From: Truepera sp.
GTDB lineage: Bacteria; Deinococcota; Deinococci; Deinococcales; Trueperaceae
NCBI GenBank assembly: GCA_965218435.1
Contig: CBDCKW010000004.1
Location: 1-17,002, forward strand
Reading direction: 5' to 3'
Length of the DNA stretch: 17,002 bases
Shown: positions 16,086 to 17,002 of the stretch, in pieces
Numbering within the stretch: the stretch's first letter is position 1
How the letters are laid out: every line of letters begins with the position of its first letter
The notes under the pieces: model-generated
Databases searched by the model: none
What the model was told of the DNA's origin: nothing
What the model saw: only the letters and a program-made list of their open reading frames with translations
Position numbers and translations under genes: made by a program

Positions 16086-17002
16086 TCAAGCGACCTCGAT
16101 CAGCTCCGCCGTGGCGAGGTTCAGCACCGTCACCTCGGTCTTGATCACGTCGCGCTCGATGACCTTGGTTCCTTTCTCGTCCTCCTCCTCGTAGGTGTAG
16201 ACGTCCTTGCGAACCCTACCGCGTACCAGCAGTTTGCGCCCTTCGACCTCGATAGCGATGTTGTTCAAGAGGCCCGAGGCGATTATCAGCGCCACGTGAC
16301 CTTTTCTGGGCGGTAGCAAGGGGCGAAACGCCTGCGGGTCGGGTGGGTTCAGCAGGTCCCACGCCCGCCGCCAGCAGCCTTTGGTTCTGGCCTCGGTGAC
16401 GAGCAACTCCGGGTCCTGACCGGCAAGGTGGAGCTGCGGCGCGCTCGTGGCTGCCGGGACGCTGTAGGTGGCGCAGCCGTGTGAGAGGTCGCCTGAAACG
16501 TCCGGCAGACGACCGGGCAGGGCGGTGTGGAAACGTTTAAGCCCGAAAACCACCACCTGCTTGAAGGCGTCATAGTGCTCATCGGGGAAGCGGTAGACGG
16601 CGAGGTCCTCGAACTGCGCGGTGAGCGTCGCTTCGTATTCGCCCAGGTACTTCTCGGGCACCACGTACACCAGCACGCCGCCGGACAGCAGCACTTTTTG
16701 CCAATGCCACAAAAAGGTCAGCTCGAGCCTTCTACCGTCCGCTTGGTCATACGGGGGATTCAAGTAAAGCAGGCTGAAGCGGCCCCGCGCCCTGGCTTTA
16801 AGCGAGTCGCCGACGAGCACGTTATCGAGCTGATGCGCGGCCTCCGCCGCCCGCTCGCTCTCGAGTTCGACGCCGTGCGTGACGCTGCGGTAATGGCCTT
16901 TCATACCGACGTTGACCGTTTCTAGCGCCGTACCGGGGCCGCAGCAGGGGTCGAGCAGGTAGGCTTTGCCGCCCAAGGTCAGGCACGACCCGATGAGCTG
17001 CG
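16086..17002 (-). CDS. DUF6094-type SAM-dependent DNA methyltransferase (N-terminus off-window)
   Basis: LDPCCGPG SAM motif, GVEL, LNPPY catalytic motif, FKQVVVFG and C-terminal RPLLPPRKGHVALIIASG. The frame is open to the window edge. Confidence 0.88.
   Translation of the reverse strand, partial: QLIGSCLTLGGKAYLLDPCCGPGTALETVNVGMKGHYRSVTHGVELESERAAEAAHQLDNVLVGDSLKARARGRFSLLYLNPPYDQADGRRLELTFLWHWQKVLLSGGVLVYVVPEKYLGEYEATLTAQFEDLAVYRFPDEHYDAFKQVVVFGLKRFHTALPGRLPDVSGDLSHGCATYSVPAATSAPQLHLAGQDPELLVTEARTKGCWRRAWDLLNPPDPQAFRPLLPPRKGHVALIIASGLLNNIAIEVEGRKLLVRGRVRKDVYTYEEEDEKGTKVIERDVIKTEVTVLNLATAELIEVA

Noticed and set aside
2417..16925. The many plus-strand ORFs in the track
   Set aside because: They are antisense to well-supported minus-strand genes and lack motifs, as expected for shadows in GC-rich DNA.

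Overview
The window is GC-rich (roughly 60% by eye) and almost entirely minus-strand coded. It looks like the early/leading-region backbone of a plasmid or ICE; a Deinococcota-like host is inferred from the TPR-GGDEF architecture and abundant CTCGAG. In transcription order (right to left) it holds a DUF6094-type N6-adenine methyltransferase (cut by the window edge), an SF2 helicase, small hypotheticals, a TPR-GGDEF diguanylate cyclase and two membrane proteins. Next is a run of short genes, several carrying lesions (macrodomain with internal TGA, Zn-finger with internal TAG, doubly frameshifted DUF6166, an ATA-start ORF), then a YodL-like gene. The left part is an atypical PRTRC (prokaryotic ubiquitin-like) cassette: extended protein E, ubiquitin-like protein C, an unknown Cys/His gene, a Phd/VapC toxin-antitoxin pair, another unknown gene and protein F. 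Protein F is split in phase 0 by a complete group IIB intron (42-2450) with an RT/maturase/HNH ORF and readable EBS/IBS pairings. Two non-coding signals stand out: a recurring hairpin-plus-RBS leader before several genes, and strong CTCGAG enrichment that is absent from the intron. All family calls come from motif recognition by eye; no searches were run.
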